Positions 41,662 to 50,694 of a stretch of 61,821 bases of DNA are shown here, in pieces. The translations under genes and the position numbers were made by a program. Each line of letters opens with the position of its first letter. Position 1 is the first letter of the stretch. The notes under the pieces are model-generated. The model saw only the letters and a program-made list of their open reading frames with translations. It was not told the DNA's origin and did not search any database. This DNA comes from Capsulimonadales bacterium (GTDB taxonomy: Bacteria; Armatimonadota; Armatimonadia; Armatimonadales; Armatimonadaceae): NCBI GenBank assembly GCA_033762295.1, contig JANRLW010000058.1, positions 1 to 61,821 on the forward strand, given 5' to 3'.

Positions 41662-42177
41662 ATGCTGACGATTCGCCCTGCCCGGTTCGACGACGCCGAC
41701 GTTTTCCTCGCCCTGATCGATGCCCTGGCCGATTATGAGAAACTGGCGCGTCCGGACGACGCCGCGCGCGCCCGACTGATCGAGGACGGCTTCCGGAGAA
41801 CCCCGCCGCGTTTTCATGCGTATCTTATTTTGAAGCACGATACGGCAATCGGCTATGCGATCACCCTGGAAACGTACTCGTCGTTCCTCGCAAAACCGAC
41901 CCTGTACATCGAGGACCTGTTTTTGCTGCCCGACGCCCGGGGCCGGGGTGTCGGTTCCGCCGTTCTCCGTTACCTGGCGAACATCGCCCTGGAGCGAGGC
42001 TGCGGTCGCATGGAATGGGTTTGCCTGGACTGGAACCGAACGGCCATCGACTTTTACGAGCGACACGGCGCGGAACACCTCACCGAATGGCGGTATTACC
42101 GTCTGACCGAGGAGAGATTGAACCGGCTGGTCGCGCCTGAGCAACCTGTGCGAGACGAAAGAACGAAAAACGAATGA
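41662..42177 (+). CDS. GNAT acetyltransferase (SSAT-like)
   Basis: LADYEK, LYIEDLF..P..RGRGVG, LDWN..AIDFY. Confidence 0.92.
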   Translation: MLTIRPARFDDADVFLALIDALADYEKLARPDDAARARLIEDGFRRTPPRFHAYLILKHDTAIGYAITLETYSSFLAKPTLYIEDLFLLPDARGRGVGSAVLRYLANIALERGCGRMEWVCLDWNRTAIDFYERHGAEHLTEWRYYRLTEERLNRLVAPEQPVRDERTKNE

Positions 42178-43373
42178 GCGTCCCACCTTCGACGTTACGA
42201 AATAGAAACGGTAAAGACGGCAAAGAGAACGAACGGCAGGACCCCTGGTCACTGCGAATCGCCCGTATCTCGGGGATTCCGATCCGGGTCCATTTCACCT
42301 TCCTGCTGGTTCTGATCTGGTTCGCCGTCTCGGACTTCGGTCTGGGCGGGGCCAATCTGGTGGTGGCGATGCTGGGTCTGTTTTTCTGCGTCGCCCTGCA
42401 CGAACTCGGGCACTCGATCGTCGCCCAGCGGTACGGTTATCCGGTTCGGGATATCACGCTCTACCCGATCGGCGGCGTCGCGGCCATCGAAGGCAGTCCG
42501 TCCCCCCGGCATGAACTCTTTATCGCTCTGGCCGGTCCGCTCGTGAACGTCTTCATCGCCGCGTTCCTGATGATCGTCCTGCAGTTGACCGGGTCCCTGC
42601 CGCGCGAGTATTCCTCGACCGAAGCGGTTCTGCAGGCGCTGCAGCAGAATCCTCTCGGTTTCCTGCTGGAAGCCAATCTGATGCTGATCGCCTTCAACAT
42701 GATCCCGGCGTTTCCGATGGACGGCGGGCGGGTTCTTCGCGCGTTGCTGGGTCTGCGGCTCGGCAAGCTCCGTGCGACCCGGATCGCCGCCACGATCGGA
42801 CAGATCATCGCGGTTCTGATGGGGCTTTACGGTCTCGGAGTCTTCGGCCCGATTCGTCTGTTCGGCATCTTCCAGCCGAGTTTCGGGCTGGTCCTGATCG
42901 CTCTGTTCGTCTATTTCGCGGCCGGTCAGGAACGGGACATGGAGACAACTCACGAGATCGTGATCGACGCGCCCGTAAGAGATGCGATGATCCGGGACTT
43001 CCGGACGCTCTCCGTCGGGGACCCGCTCAGTCGGGCGGCAGAGGCATTGCTGGAGACCAGTCAGCAGGATTTCCCCGTGCTGCATGGTGACGAAATCATG
43101 GGGGTTCTTTCCCGACGACAGTTGCTGCGCGCCCTGGCACAGGAAGGACCGACCGGCTACGTCGCCGGAGCCATGTCTCGCGATGTGGTGATCGCCCGAC
43201 CGGAGGAACCGCTGGAGGAATTCATGCTGCGCACCGACGGCGTTCAACATGCGCCGATCCTGGTTCAGGATGAGGTCGGCAATCTGGTCGGCATGCTGAC
43301 ACTGGAAAACCTGATGGAGTTTCTGACTCTGCGCCAGATCCTTCAGACACGGGACGAACGGCAGATCACCTGA
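42174..43373 (+). CDS. Site-2 protease (M50) with CBS domains
   Basis: HELGH, AGPLVN, FNMIPAFPMDGGR, C-terminal CBS pair. Confidence 0.93.
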   Translation: MSVPPSTLRNRNGKDGKENERQDPWSLRIARISGIPIRVHFTFLLVLIWFAVSDFGLGGANLVVAMLGLFFCVALHELGHSIVAQRYGYPVRDITLYPIGGVAAIEGSPSPRHELFIALAGPLVNVFIAAFLMIVLQLTGSLPREYSSTEAVLQALQQNPLGFLLEANLMLIAFNMIPAFPMDGGRVLRALLGLRLGKLRATRIAATIGQIIAVLMGLYGLGVFGPIRLFGIFQPSFGLVLIALFVYFAAGQERDMETTHEIVIDAPVRDAMIRDFRTLSVGDPLSRAAEALLETSQQDFPVLHGDEIMGVLSRRQLLRALAQEGPTGYVAGAMSRDVVIARPEEPLEEFMLRTDGVQHAPILVQDEVGNLVGMLTLENLMEFLTLRQILQTRDERQIT

Positions 43374-43455
43374 TCACCTGAGAGATCATGTGAGAGATCG
43401 TGAGGGCGGACCGTACCCGAATCCGGGCCGGGTCCGCCCGCCCGTTTTCACATCC

Positions 43456-44586
43456 TCACATAACCGGCAGCGGCTGGAACTGACGAGCCTGAATCGAGAT
43501 CTGCCGGGCCAGATTTCCTGCCACTTCGCGGAAGATCCGCGACTGCTCCGAGTCCGGATAGGCGACCGTCACCGGTTCTCCCTCGTCACTTCCCTGCCGT
43601 GTCGGAATATCCAGCGGAATCTCCCCCAGAAACGGGACGCGCAGCTCCTCGGCCGCGGCCTGCCCGCCGCCGTGACCGAAGATATGGTAGTGCTTCCCCG
43701 TATCCGGCGCGATGAAATAGCTCCTGGTCTCCACGATGCCCAGGATCGGGACATTCAGTTTCAGGAATGCCCGGAGCGACTTGACCGCGATGGAGGCCGC
43801 GACATCCTGGGGGGTCATCACGATGACCGCGCCGGTCAGAGGGATCGCCTCGGACAGAGACATCGTCACATCGCCGGTTCCCGGCGGGAGATCGACCAGC
43901 AGATAGTCCAGTTCGCCCCAGGCGACATCGTTCAGAAACTGATGGACCACCTTGGCGAGCATCGGTCCGCGCCAGACGACCGGTTGTCCCGGCTCGAGCA
44001 GATACCCCATGCTCACCGTGGCCACACCGTGCCGGGACAGCGGAGCGATCCGCGGGACCACATTCCCGTCGGGCTGGCGAACCGCGGTCTGTTCGAGCTG
44101 CTCCTCCTCCAGTCCCATCAGGATAGGAACGGTCGGTCCGTAGACATCCGCATCCATCAGGCCGACGGCCGCGCCCGCCTGCGCCAGCGCCACCGCCAGG
44201 TTTGCCGCCACCGTCGATTTACCGACCCCGCCTTTCCCTGAGGCCACCGCGATCACATGCTTGACGCCCGGAACGACCTTTCCGCCCAGCGGGCGTTTCG
44301 CGGTGACGTTGGCGGTCATTCGGACGCTGACCCCGGTAACGCCGGGGACGGATTCGACCGCTTCACGGCAATCGCGTTCGATCCGCTCCTTCATCGGGCA
44401 GGCGGGTGTGGTCAGTTCGACGGTAAAAGCGACGTTTCCCTCGCAGATCTTGATATTCTTGATCATATTCAGGGAAACCAGATCCTTACGAAGGTCGGGG
44501 TCCTGCACGGTCCGCAACGCGGCCAGCACGAGATCCTCGGTCACCTCCGGTGTCAGGGGCGAATTCATCGGGTTCGTTCTTTCCAT
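43456..44586 (-). CDS. mrp: Mrp/NBP35 (ApbC) ATP-binding protein with N-terminal DUF59
   Basis: TTPACP, SGKGGVGKST, DADVYGP, WRGP, DLPPGTGD. Confidence 0.95.
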   Translation of the reverse strand: MERTNPMNSPLTPEVTEDLVLAALRTVQDPDLRKDLVSLNMIKNIKICEGNVAFTVELTTPACPMKERIERDCREAVESVPGVTGVSVRMTANVTAKRPLGGKVVPGVKHVIAVASGKGGVGKSTVAANLAVALAQAGAAVGLMDADVYGPTVPILMGLEEEQLEQTAVRQPDGNVVPRIAPLSRHGVATVSMGYLLEPGQPVVWRGPMLAKVVHQFLNDVAWGELDYLLVDLPPGTGDVTMSLSEAIPLTGAVIVMTPQDVAASIAVKSLRAFLKLNVPILGIVETRSYFIAPDTGKHYHIFGHGGGQAAAEELRVPFLGEIPLDIPTRQGSDEGEPVTVAYPDSEQSRIFREVAGNLARQISIQARQFQPLPVM

Positions 44587-44704
44587 GATGTCTCATTCTA
44601 TCGACAAACGGCACCCATCTTCGTTCCCGAAGGAATCCTCCTTCCGGCCGCTTCCTGCATAACGACGGAATCCGGGGTAGAGTGGTGATCGAAAGATAGA
44701 AAAA

Positions 44705-45907
44705 GTGAAATACGTTTTCTCCCTGATTTCGTTGATCGGTATCCTCCTTTCCTCGACCGCCGTCTCAGGTCAGACGCCGCCCGCACCTCCTACCCCCGTT
44801 CCCGCCGTCCCCTCGCTCACCGACCTTCCCGCCGGCCCGATCCGGAAAGGCGACATCGTTCGGATTCTTGTCACCGGAGCGGAGAACCTGGGCGGAGAGT
44901 TCCGTGTGGATACCGACGGCACGATTCTGGTTCCGCGTCTCGGCGAACTGACGCTGTCGGGGAAGATGCCGGCGGAGGCCGCCCGCCTGGTGGAGAAACA
45001 GCTATCCGTCCGCAAGCTGCTCCGAAGCCCGAATGCCGCCGTCTATATTATCGGTCGGAAGAACCGGGAGGTGCTGATCAACGGGGCTGTCTCGACCCAG
45101 GGACGGCAGATCATTCGTGACAACGCCGTCCTTGCGGAGGTTCTGGAACAGGCCGTTCCGGGCGCGGGTGCCGATCTGTCCCGAATTATCATTACGCGAG
45201 CGGACAACTCGGAGATCAAAGTCGACTACCGCCAGTTTCGCAACGGCATCTCCAATGCGCCCGAGTTCAATCCTCCCCTCAACGACGGAGATCGAATCTA
45301 TGTGTTTACGGCGGTCCCGCCGGAGGGGTCGGTACGCCTGACCGGTGAGGTGAAGGACTCGTCGAAGCCGGTTTTTCCGATACTTCAGGGAACGACCGTC
45401 GGCCAGTTGCTTCGCATGGCCGGAGGACTCACCGACTATGCCGACTCGGAGAGTATCGTCCTGCTGCGCGGCGGTGAGCGAATACCGATTCGCTACGCCG
45501 ACCTGTTGAAGGCCAAACCGGACGCGGACCCGGTGTTACGGGACCGCGACGAGATCATCGTCCCCCGACTGGATCGCCGACGCCAGTTCTCGGTGGCGGG
45601 AGCGGTTCGGGACCCGCGCGCCTTTCCCCTGTCGACGCCGGTGACCCTGCTGGAGGCGATCGGCGATGCGGGCGGCCCGACCGACGGAGCGCAGCAGAAC
45701 CGGGTGGAGATCCGCCGCAAGGACGCCGACGGACGGATTACGACCATCGTCCGTGACCTGAAGAAGGATAGCGATGCGACGACGCAGATTCGGGAGGGAG
45801 ATTACGTCTTCGTTCCGTTCGGCCGTCGCCGCCCGGGAATCGATGCGCTGAGCGTCGCCGGGGTGGTGAGCGCGCTGGCGGTGACCCTGGGACAGTTGCG
45901 TCGCTGA
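44705..45907 (+). CDS. Polysaccharide export family protein with SLBB repeats
   Basis: Signal peptide; Poly_export (VDTDG.I.VP..G); repeated G.V...AGG SLBB units. Confidence 0.88.
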   Translation: MKYVFSLISLIGILLSSTAVSGQTPPAPPTPVPAVPSLTDLPAGPIRKGDIVRILVTGAENLGGEFRVDTDGTILVPRLGELTLSGKMPAEAARLVEKQLSVRKLLRSPNAAVYIIGRKNREVLINGAVSTQGRQIIRDNAVLAEVLEQAVPGAGADLSRIIITRADNSEIKVDYRQFRNGISNAPEFNPPLNDGDRIYVFTAVPPEGSVRLTGEVKDSSKPVFPILQGTTVGQLLRMAGGLTDYADSESIVLLRGGERIPIRYADLLKAKPDADPVLRDRDEIIVPRLDRRRQFSVAGAVRDPRAFPLSTPVTLLEAIGDAGGPTDGAQQNRVEIRRKDADGRITTIVRDLKKDSDATTQIREGDYVFVPFGRRRPGIDALSVAGVVSALAVTLGQLRR

Positions 45908-45913
45908 AAACGA

Positions 45914-45941
45914 TTCGGAGAGGGTGGATACCCTCTCCGAA
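45914..45941. terminator. Hairpin between convergent genes
   Basis: ttcggagagggt-ggat-accctctccgaa. Confidence 0.65.
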
Positions 45942-45984
45942 CGGACGAGAACATTATTTTTTGAATATTATATGGTCGGTTCGT

Positions 45985-46602
45985 TCAGGCGACCGGAATC
46001 GGATGAGGATCGGTAAAGAGGGAAGGCAGCACGGGAGCGATCGGCGCGGGAGCGGCGACCGGCGGATGCACCGAGGACCAGGTACGGGCGGCGACGGTGG
46101 CCCAGCGCGGCGGTTCGGCTCCGGCCATTTCACGACCGAGGACGTACATCAGCCGCAGGCGTTCCACTTCCGCATGGATATCGAGGCTGACATCCCGACG
46201 GTCGAGGGCGGCGAGAATCCGTTCCGCCAGGCGAATACTGCCGATGGCGAGCATCTCGTCCTGATATTCGACGGTTACATGGAAGCGGCCGTACGGATCC
46301 TGCTGCCAGTTCCATTCGGTCTCGCCCCGCAGATGGTCGTCGGCGTTCTGCTGGGCCATCAGCTGAAGCTCGATGATCAGATGCTCGAAAAGATGCGGAA
46401 TTTCGGTGTTGCGACACTCCTGCCGGAAGGATTTCCCTTTGCCGTTATGGCAGGTATGTGACGCCAGACGGGGAATCAAACGAAACAGGCCGCGCGTGAT
46501 ATGCGGCATCTGGGAAGTCAGAAAACAGTCCGGACCTTCCGTATCAACAACCATGGAAATGCGCCGGACCTCCGGCTTCACCGAGATCTCCAGGACCCTC
46601 AC
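45985..46602 (-). CDS. Stand-alone cyanophycin synthetase N-terminal domain homologue (putative metallo-endopeptidase)
   Basis: P.L..HTC...F...T...HLFEHLIIELQ...G.T...V.VEY.DE matches the CphA N-domain pattern; AAAGGA SD before GTG. Confidence 0.8.
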   Translation of the reverse strand: MRVLEISVKPEVRRISMVVDTEGPDCFLTSQMPHITRGLFRLIPRLASHTCHNGKGKSFRQECRNTEIPHLFEHLIIELQLMAQQNADDHLRGETEWNWQQDPYGRFHVTVEYQDEMLAIGSIRLAERILAALDRRDVSLDIHAEVERLRLMYVLGREMAGAEPPRWATVAARTWSSVHPPVAAPAPIAPVLPSLFTDPHPIPVA

Positions 46603-46727
46603 AGGAGTTCCTTTCTATTCGACGACGTCCCGGCCGCCGAATCGAAAATGACAGATTGGGATGGCGAAACGATTAAGAATGCCTGCTTATGTGAGCAATT
46701 GCCAGCATCGCAATTTAAGACGCGGAC

Positions 46728-46757
46728 AGTTTAACACACCCTTCTTTCATAAGGCAA
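46728..46757 (-). promoter_or_regulatory. Promoter candidate for the CphA-N gene
   Basis: Minus strand TTGCCT-N18-TAAACT with extended TGn. Confidence 0.5.
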
Positions 46758-46957
46758 CAAGCGGGCCAGAAGAAATTTCCCGTTGCCTGGAAACAACAAT
46801 CCGGTATCCCGCCAACCGCCTGTTGACGTAATGATTCTACTGTACAATGTCGGGAAATACCCCATGCATCCCGAGAATTCCGTTAGCGATATCTTGCACA
46901 TATGAATTTTTCCGTTTTCTGCCGACAATTCATGATTTGATCGCCGAAACGGACAAT

Positions 46958-47004
46958 AAAAACCCCGACCAAACGAACGGATCGTCCGTTTGGTCGGGGT
47001 TTTT
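46958..47004. terminator. Intrinsic terminator, bidirectional shape
   Basis: aaaaaccccgaccaaacg...cgtttggtcggggttttt. Confidence 0.85.
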
Positions 47005-47093
47005 GTACATTCTTTCCCGAAATGCGTTCAAAGCAAGGGGACTTCAGGGGTTCATCGGTGCAAAAACAGGTAACTTTCTCTGTGAAGTTCCGC

Positions 47094-48017
47094 TTAGTTT
47101 CGTTCTTCCGTCGTTTCCGACGCCTTTTCCAGCGTTTCCACTGCGCCTACGGTCCCGTTTTCGCCCTTTTGAATAAGTTTGTCTACTTCTTCTCTCGCTT
47201 CCGCTTCCCCTTCCGCGTAGGCGGCCTGAATCTCCTTCTTGCTCAGGTGTTTCCCGGTGCGGTAAAACCAGAGTGCGGCACGTCCGACCGCCACCGTCCC
47301 CGCATAGGCGATCGCTCCCTTGATCGCCATTCCGACGCCGAGCGGGACGAACCCCACCAGTTCGCGCGCCAGAGTGCGCCAGCCCATCGCACTGCCGACG
47401 ACGCCGACCACTTCCTTCATCTGCTTGACGCCCGGTTTCTGACCGAACGCCGCCGCCAGACGCATGACCAGAACGACCTGGTTCTTGCCCAGAAGGAAGA
47501 CATCCGCCACCGACGAGGCCGGAAGAAACGGTGCGGCGGGGGGAAAGACGCCGGGCAACGCCGAAAGGATCGCAATCGAGGCGTTGACCCGGCTGACATC
47601 GCGAATGATCCGGTGGCACGCGGGCAGGCGGAACGCCGGCAGACGACGCGCGAGAGCGATCGCCATATCCGGTTTCGCATCCAGCATCGCTTCGATCACT
47701 TCCGGCAGGGACCCGGTGATCGGGACGGAGTTCGGCCCCCGAACCCCGAGCGGTTCCCCCGGCGCGGCGGTGTAGATTCGGAAAAGGAACGCCGAAGCGA
47801 TCTCCGCGGCCGGCGACTGGTCGTACTCACGCAGATAGTTGGCGGCATCCTCCTGCTCCCAGGCGGTCGCCTGATCGGTCAGTAACGCGTCCCGCACCGC
47901 CGCCCGGTGGGCCGGGTCGCCGATCAAAGCGATGCGAAAATCCTTCAGCGCGTCGTCCTCAATCGTTCTCGGAGAGATCGTTTCGATTGTTTTCCAGTAA
48001 CTCCAAAGGGATGCCAT
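47094..48017 (-). CDS. Conserved hypothetical protein (DUF697/EcsC-like C-terminal region)
   Basis: GGAGG SD; AD...L..NQ.....RLA..FG, GWRTLAR.L....P..G...KGAIAYAGT...G. Confidence 0.7.
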   Translation of the reverse strand: MASLWSYWKTIETISPRTIEDDALKDFRIALIGDPAHRAAVRDALLTDQATAWEQEDAANYLREYDQSPAAEIASAFLFRIYTAAPGEPLGVRGPNSVPITGSLPEVIEAMLDAKPDMAIALARRLPAFRLPACHRIIRDVSRVNASIAILSALPGVFPPAAPFLPASSVADVFLLGKNQVVLVMRLAAAFGQKPGVKQMKEVVGVVGSAMGWRTLARELVGFVPLGVGMAIKGAIAYAGTVAVGRAALWFYRTGKHLSKKEIQAAYAEGEAEAREEVDKLIQKGENGTVGAVETLEKASETTEERN

Positions 48018-48099
48018 TCGTTCCTCCGACCGAAATAATCCGTGTTCCGATCTTACTTACGCCAAATCCTTCCGTAAGGTTGCCGACGGCCATCCCGGC

Positions 48100-49500
48100 T
48101 CAGGCGGGCGTCCCGCGAACCGCTCCGTACCCGGAGCCGACCGTTCCGCCCGCAGATACGACACGGATCAATTCGACCACGATCTCTTTCCTGGCCGGGT
48201 CCCCGTCGTAGAGCCAGTCGTTCAACGCGTCCGGATCGATCTCCTGCCGTTCCCGCTCCCAGACCTTTCGTACGATATTGCGCTCCGACTTCGCAATCAG
48301 GTCCTCCGCCGAATGGATATCGCTGGCCAGAGTGGTCCGCTGATCCCAGAGCTGTTTGTTTTCGTCGCTCCGATCAAAATGGAAACACCAGGTGTAGAAC
48401 AGGTGATATACGGTGGAGTTGATCGATTCCCAGGGCACGGACGGACGGTTTTCCTCGAACCAGAGATGCAGACGGTCCTTGGCCTCTTTCAGCGAGATAT
48501 CCTCATTGTTCGCCTCGGCCTCCTGGAAAAGGTCAAACATCACGTTGATGATCCGATGACGGTCGTCCGCCGGTACCGGACGGAAGTTATTGTCCCGCAG
48601 CCAGAGTCGAAGGCGTTCCGAAGCGGAAGGGGCGGGCGGTGGGGGCGGAGGAGGGGCCTGATAGGGTATGTTGCCCGACGGTTGATACGGCGTATAGTTG
48701 GGATTCGAGAAGTTCCGTTCGTTCGGACGATCCGGGGTCGCAGCGTAAGCCGTTCCGTTCACCGTGCCCATTCCTTTGGGGGCGACCTGTACGTCACCGA
48801 TGGCCGGTTTATGGACATCGATGACCTCCTGATTGGCCCGCAAAAACTCCAGGAAGGACGCATGTCCGGCGCGCACCTCATCGAACAGCGGATCGATCCG
48901 GCGCATCTGCTGCTTCAATGCCGATCCGGGCACCGGCTTGTTGCCCAGATTCGCCATCGCTTTCATCAAAACAATGGTCGGATTCTCCGGGGAGTTACGC
49001 GCGGCCCGCTGCGGCAGTTCGTCGTTGCGTTCGTCCCGCAAATCGTCGTAGTAACAGAAAATATCGCAGGATTTGGCAAGGTAAGTGGAGGTATTGGAAC
49101 GAACTCCCAGACCGATGACGGTACGCCCGAACTCTCGGAGTTTGTTGACCAGCGGAGTGAAATCGGAGTCCCCGGTAACGAGGGCGATATGGGTGATCCC
49201 TTCCTGGCGCAAAACGACGTCCATGACATCGATCGCAATGCGAATGTCCGCGCCATTCTTGCCTTTGAAGGTCAGTGCGAACGCCTGCACGGGTTCGGTG
49301 GCGTTATCCAGCAGGTCCGACCGATAATCCTTGAAAACGCCCCAGTCGGCGTAGGCGCGTTTGATAATGACCCGCCCCTCGCTGACCCGGCGAATCTCCT
49401 CGAAAATGCGCTTCAAATCCACGCGTTCATTGACAAAATACTCGTCGACAGCCCGCTTAATATTCTCAAAATCGATAAAGACGGCGACTCGGGTTTCCAT
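48100..49500 (-). CDS. NYN (LabA/DUF88) ribonuclease domain + OST-HTH protein
   Basis: VFIDFEN, AYADW, KNGADI..AID, TGDSDF; LKQQMRRIDPLFDE...F.EFL. Confidence 0.9.
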   Translation of the reverse strand: METRVAVFIDFENIKRAVDEYFVNERVDLKRIFEEIRRVSEGRVIIKRAYADWGVFKDYRSDLLDNATEPVQAFALTFKGKNGADIRIAIDVMDVVLRQEGITHIALVTGDSDFTPLVNKLREFGRTVIGLGVRSNTSTYLAKSCDIFCYYDDLRDERNDELPQRAARNSPENPTIVLMKAMANLGNKPVPGSALKQQMRRIDPLFDEVRAGHASFLEFLRANQEVIDVHKPAIGDVQVAPKGMGTVNGTAYAATPDRPNERNFSNPNYTPYQPSGNIPYQAPPPPPPPAPSASERLRLWLRDNNFRPVPADDRHRIINVMFDLFQEAEANNEDISLKEAKDRLHLWFEENRPSVPWESINSTVYHLFYTWCFHFDRSDENKQLWDQRTTLASDIHSAEDLIAKSERNIVRKVWERERQEIDPDALNDWLYDGDPARKEIVVELIRVVSAGGTVGSGYGAVRGTPA

Positions 49501-49600
49501 TTGATACAGCCTCAATTCTCTTTACGCATCTCTCCACCTCCCTCACTCCAAGAATTTATCCGATTCCTGAAATGGAGTCCGTTTTACGGACTCCCACGTA

Positions 49601-50692
49601 TCACGCGCCGTTTCCGGACGCTCCCGAAGTTTTATCACGCTTTCGGAAGCGTGCAAAGGATAATTCGCCTCTGCCGAAGATTCCCTGCGGTCGAACCAGC
49701 ATCAGGAACACCAGCAACAGGGCGTAGGCGACCAGTCGATACTGATTGAACTCCGCTCCGAGTGACGAGCGAAGTATTTCGGGCAAGGCCGTCAGAACGA
49801 CGGCGGCCAGAACCGATCCGGTGATCGACCCCAATCCCCCCAGAACGACCATCGTCACAAAATCGAACGAGCGAACGAAACCGAACGACGTGGTCAGAAC
49901 GCTCTGATCGTAATGGGCGAACAGAGCGCCCGCCACCCCGGCGAAGAAGGAACCCAGGACGAACGCGTTCACCTTGATTCGCGTGACGTTGATCCCCATT
50001 GCCTGTGCGGCGATTTCGTCCTCGCGTACGGACAGATACGACAGCCCGCAGGCGGAGAACCGCAGGTTCCGCGACACCGTTATAACGAGGACGGCCACCA
50101 GGTAAATCCAGAAAAAGTTGGCGATTCCGGGAATGCCGATTCCCGACTGAAAATCTCGGGTAAATCCGCGCGGTCCACCCAGGGCCTCCGTGTTCTCCAC
50201 GGCGACCCGGATGATCTCTCCGAATCCCAGCGTGACGATCGCCAGGTAATCGCCCTTCAGCCGAAGCGAGGGCAGGCCGACGACGTATCCGATCAATGCC
50301 GCCAGCAGACCGCCGACCAGACAGCAGATCAGCATCGAGGGCAGCGACAGCAGAAAGGACTCCGGCGTCGGCGCATCCTTCAGCGGACCGCTCGTGAAGA
50401 CGGCCAGAGAACCGTCCTTCGGCAGGTAGGGAAAGAGCGTGTTGTGGGCGTACACGGTCAGGGCCGCGGATCCGTACGCGCCCACCGCCTGGAAGCCGGC
50501 ATGCCCGATGGAAAACTGCCCCGTAAATCCGTTGATGATGTTCAGCGAGACCGCCATGGTGATGGCGATCCCGGAGAGCATGATAACGCGCAGAACGACC
50601 GGTTGTAGAACCGCCGGCAACAGAAAATTCAGGATGACCAGCAGGAGAAGCGTCCCCAGAACCAGGACGGACTTTTTCAGAACGTCATTCAA
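49601..50692 (-). CDS. livM: Branched-chain amino acid ABC permease
   Basis: GFTGQFSIGHAGF, RLKGDYLAIVTLGFGE, REDE.AA; TTG start just after the livH stop. Confidence 0.92.
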   Translation of the reverse strand: MNDVLKKSVLVLGTLLLLVILNFLLPAVLQPVVLRVIMLSGIAITMAVSLNIINGFTGQFSIGHAGFQAVGAYGSAALTVYAHNTLFPYLPKDGSLAVFTSGPLKDAPTPESFLLSLPSMLICCLVGGLLAALIGYVVGLPSLRLKGDYLAIVTLGFGEIIRVAVENTEALGGPRGFTRDFQSGIGIPGIANFFWIYLVAVLVITVSRNLRFSACGLSYLSVREDEIAAQAMGINVTRIKVNAFVLGSFFAGVAGALFAHYDQSVLTTSFGFVRSFDFVTMVVLGGLGSITGSVLAAVVLTALPEILRSSLGAEFNQYRLVAYALLLVFLMLVRPQGIFGRGELSFARFRKRDKTSGASGNGA

Positions 50693-50694
50693 GG

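Noticed and set aside
39527..41668. Long antisense ORFs (e.g. 39527-41668, 53678-55792, 16735-18543, 31079-32701, 2772-4214)
   Set aside because: They lie opposite well-supported genes and have no motifs; typical shadow ORFs of high-GC coding DNA
30289..45941. CCCTCTCC/GGAGAGGG hairpins as a REP family
   Set aside because: Only two dissimilar copies, both explicable as terminators between convergent genes
46823..46848. TTGACG...TACAAT as a canonical sigma70 promoter
   Set aside because: The spacer is only 14 nt
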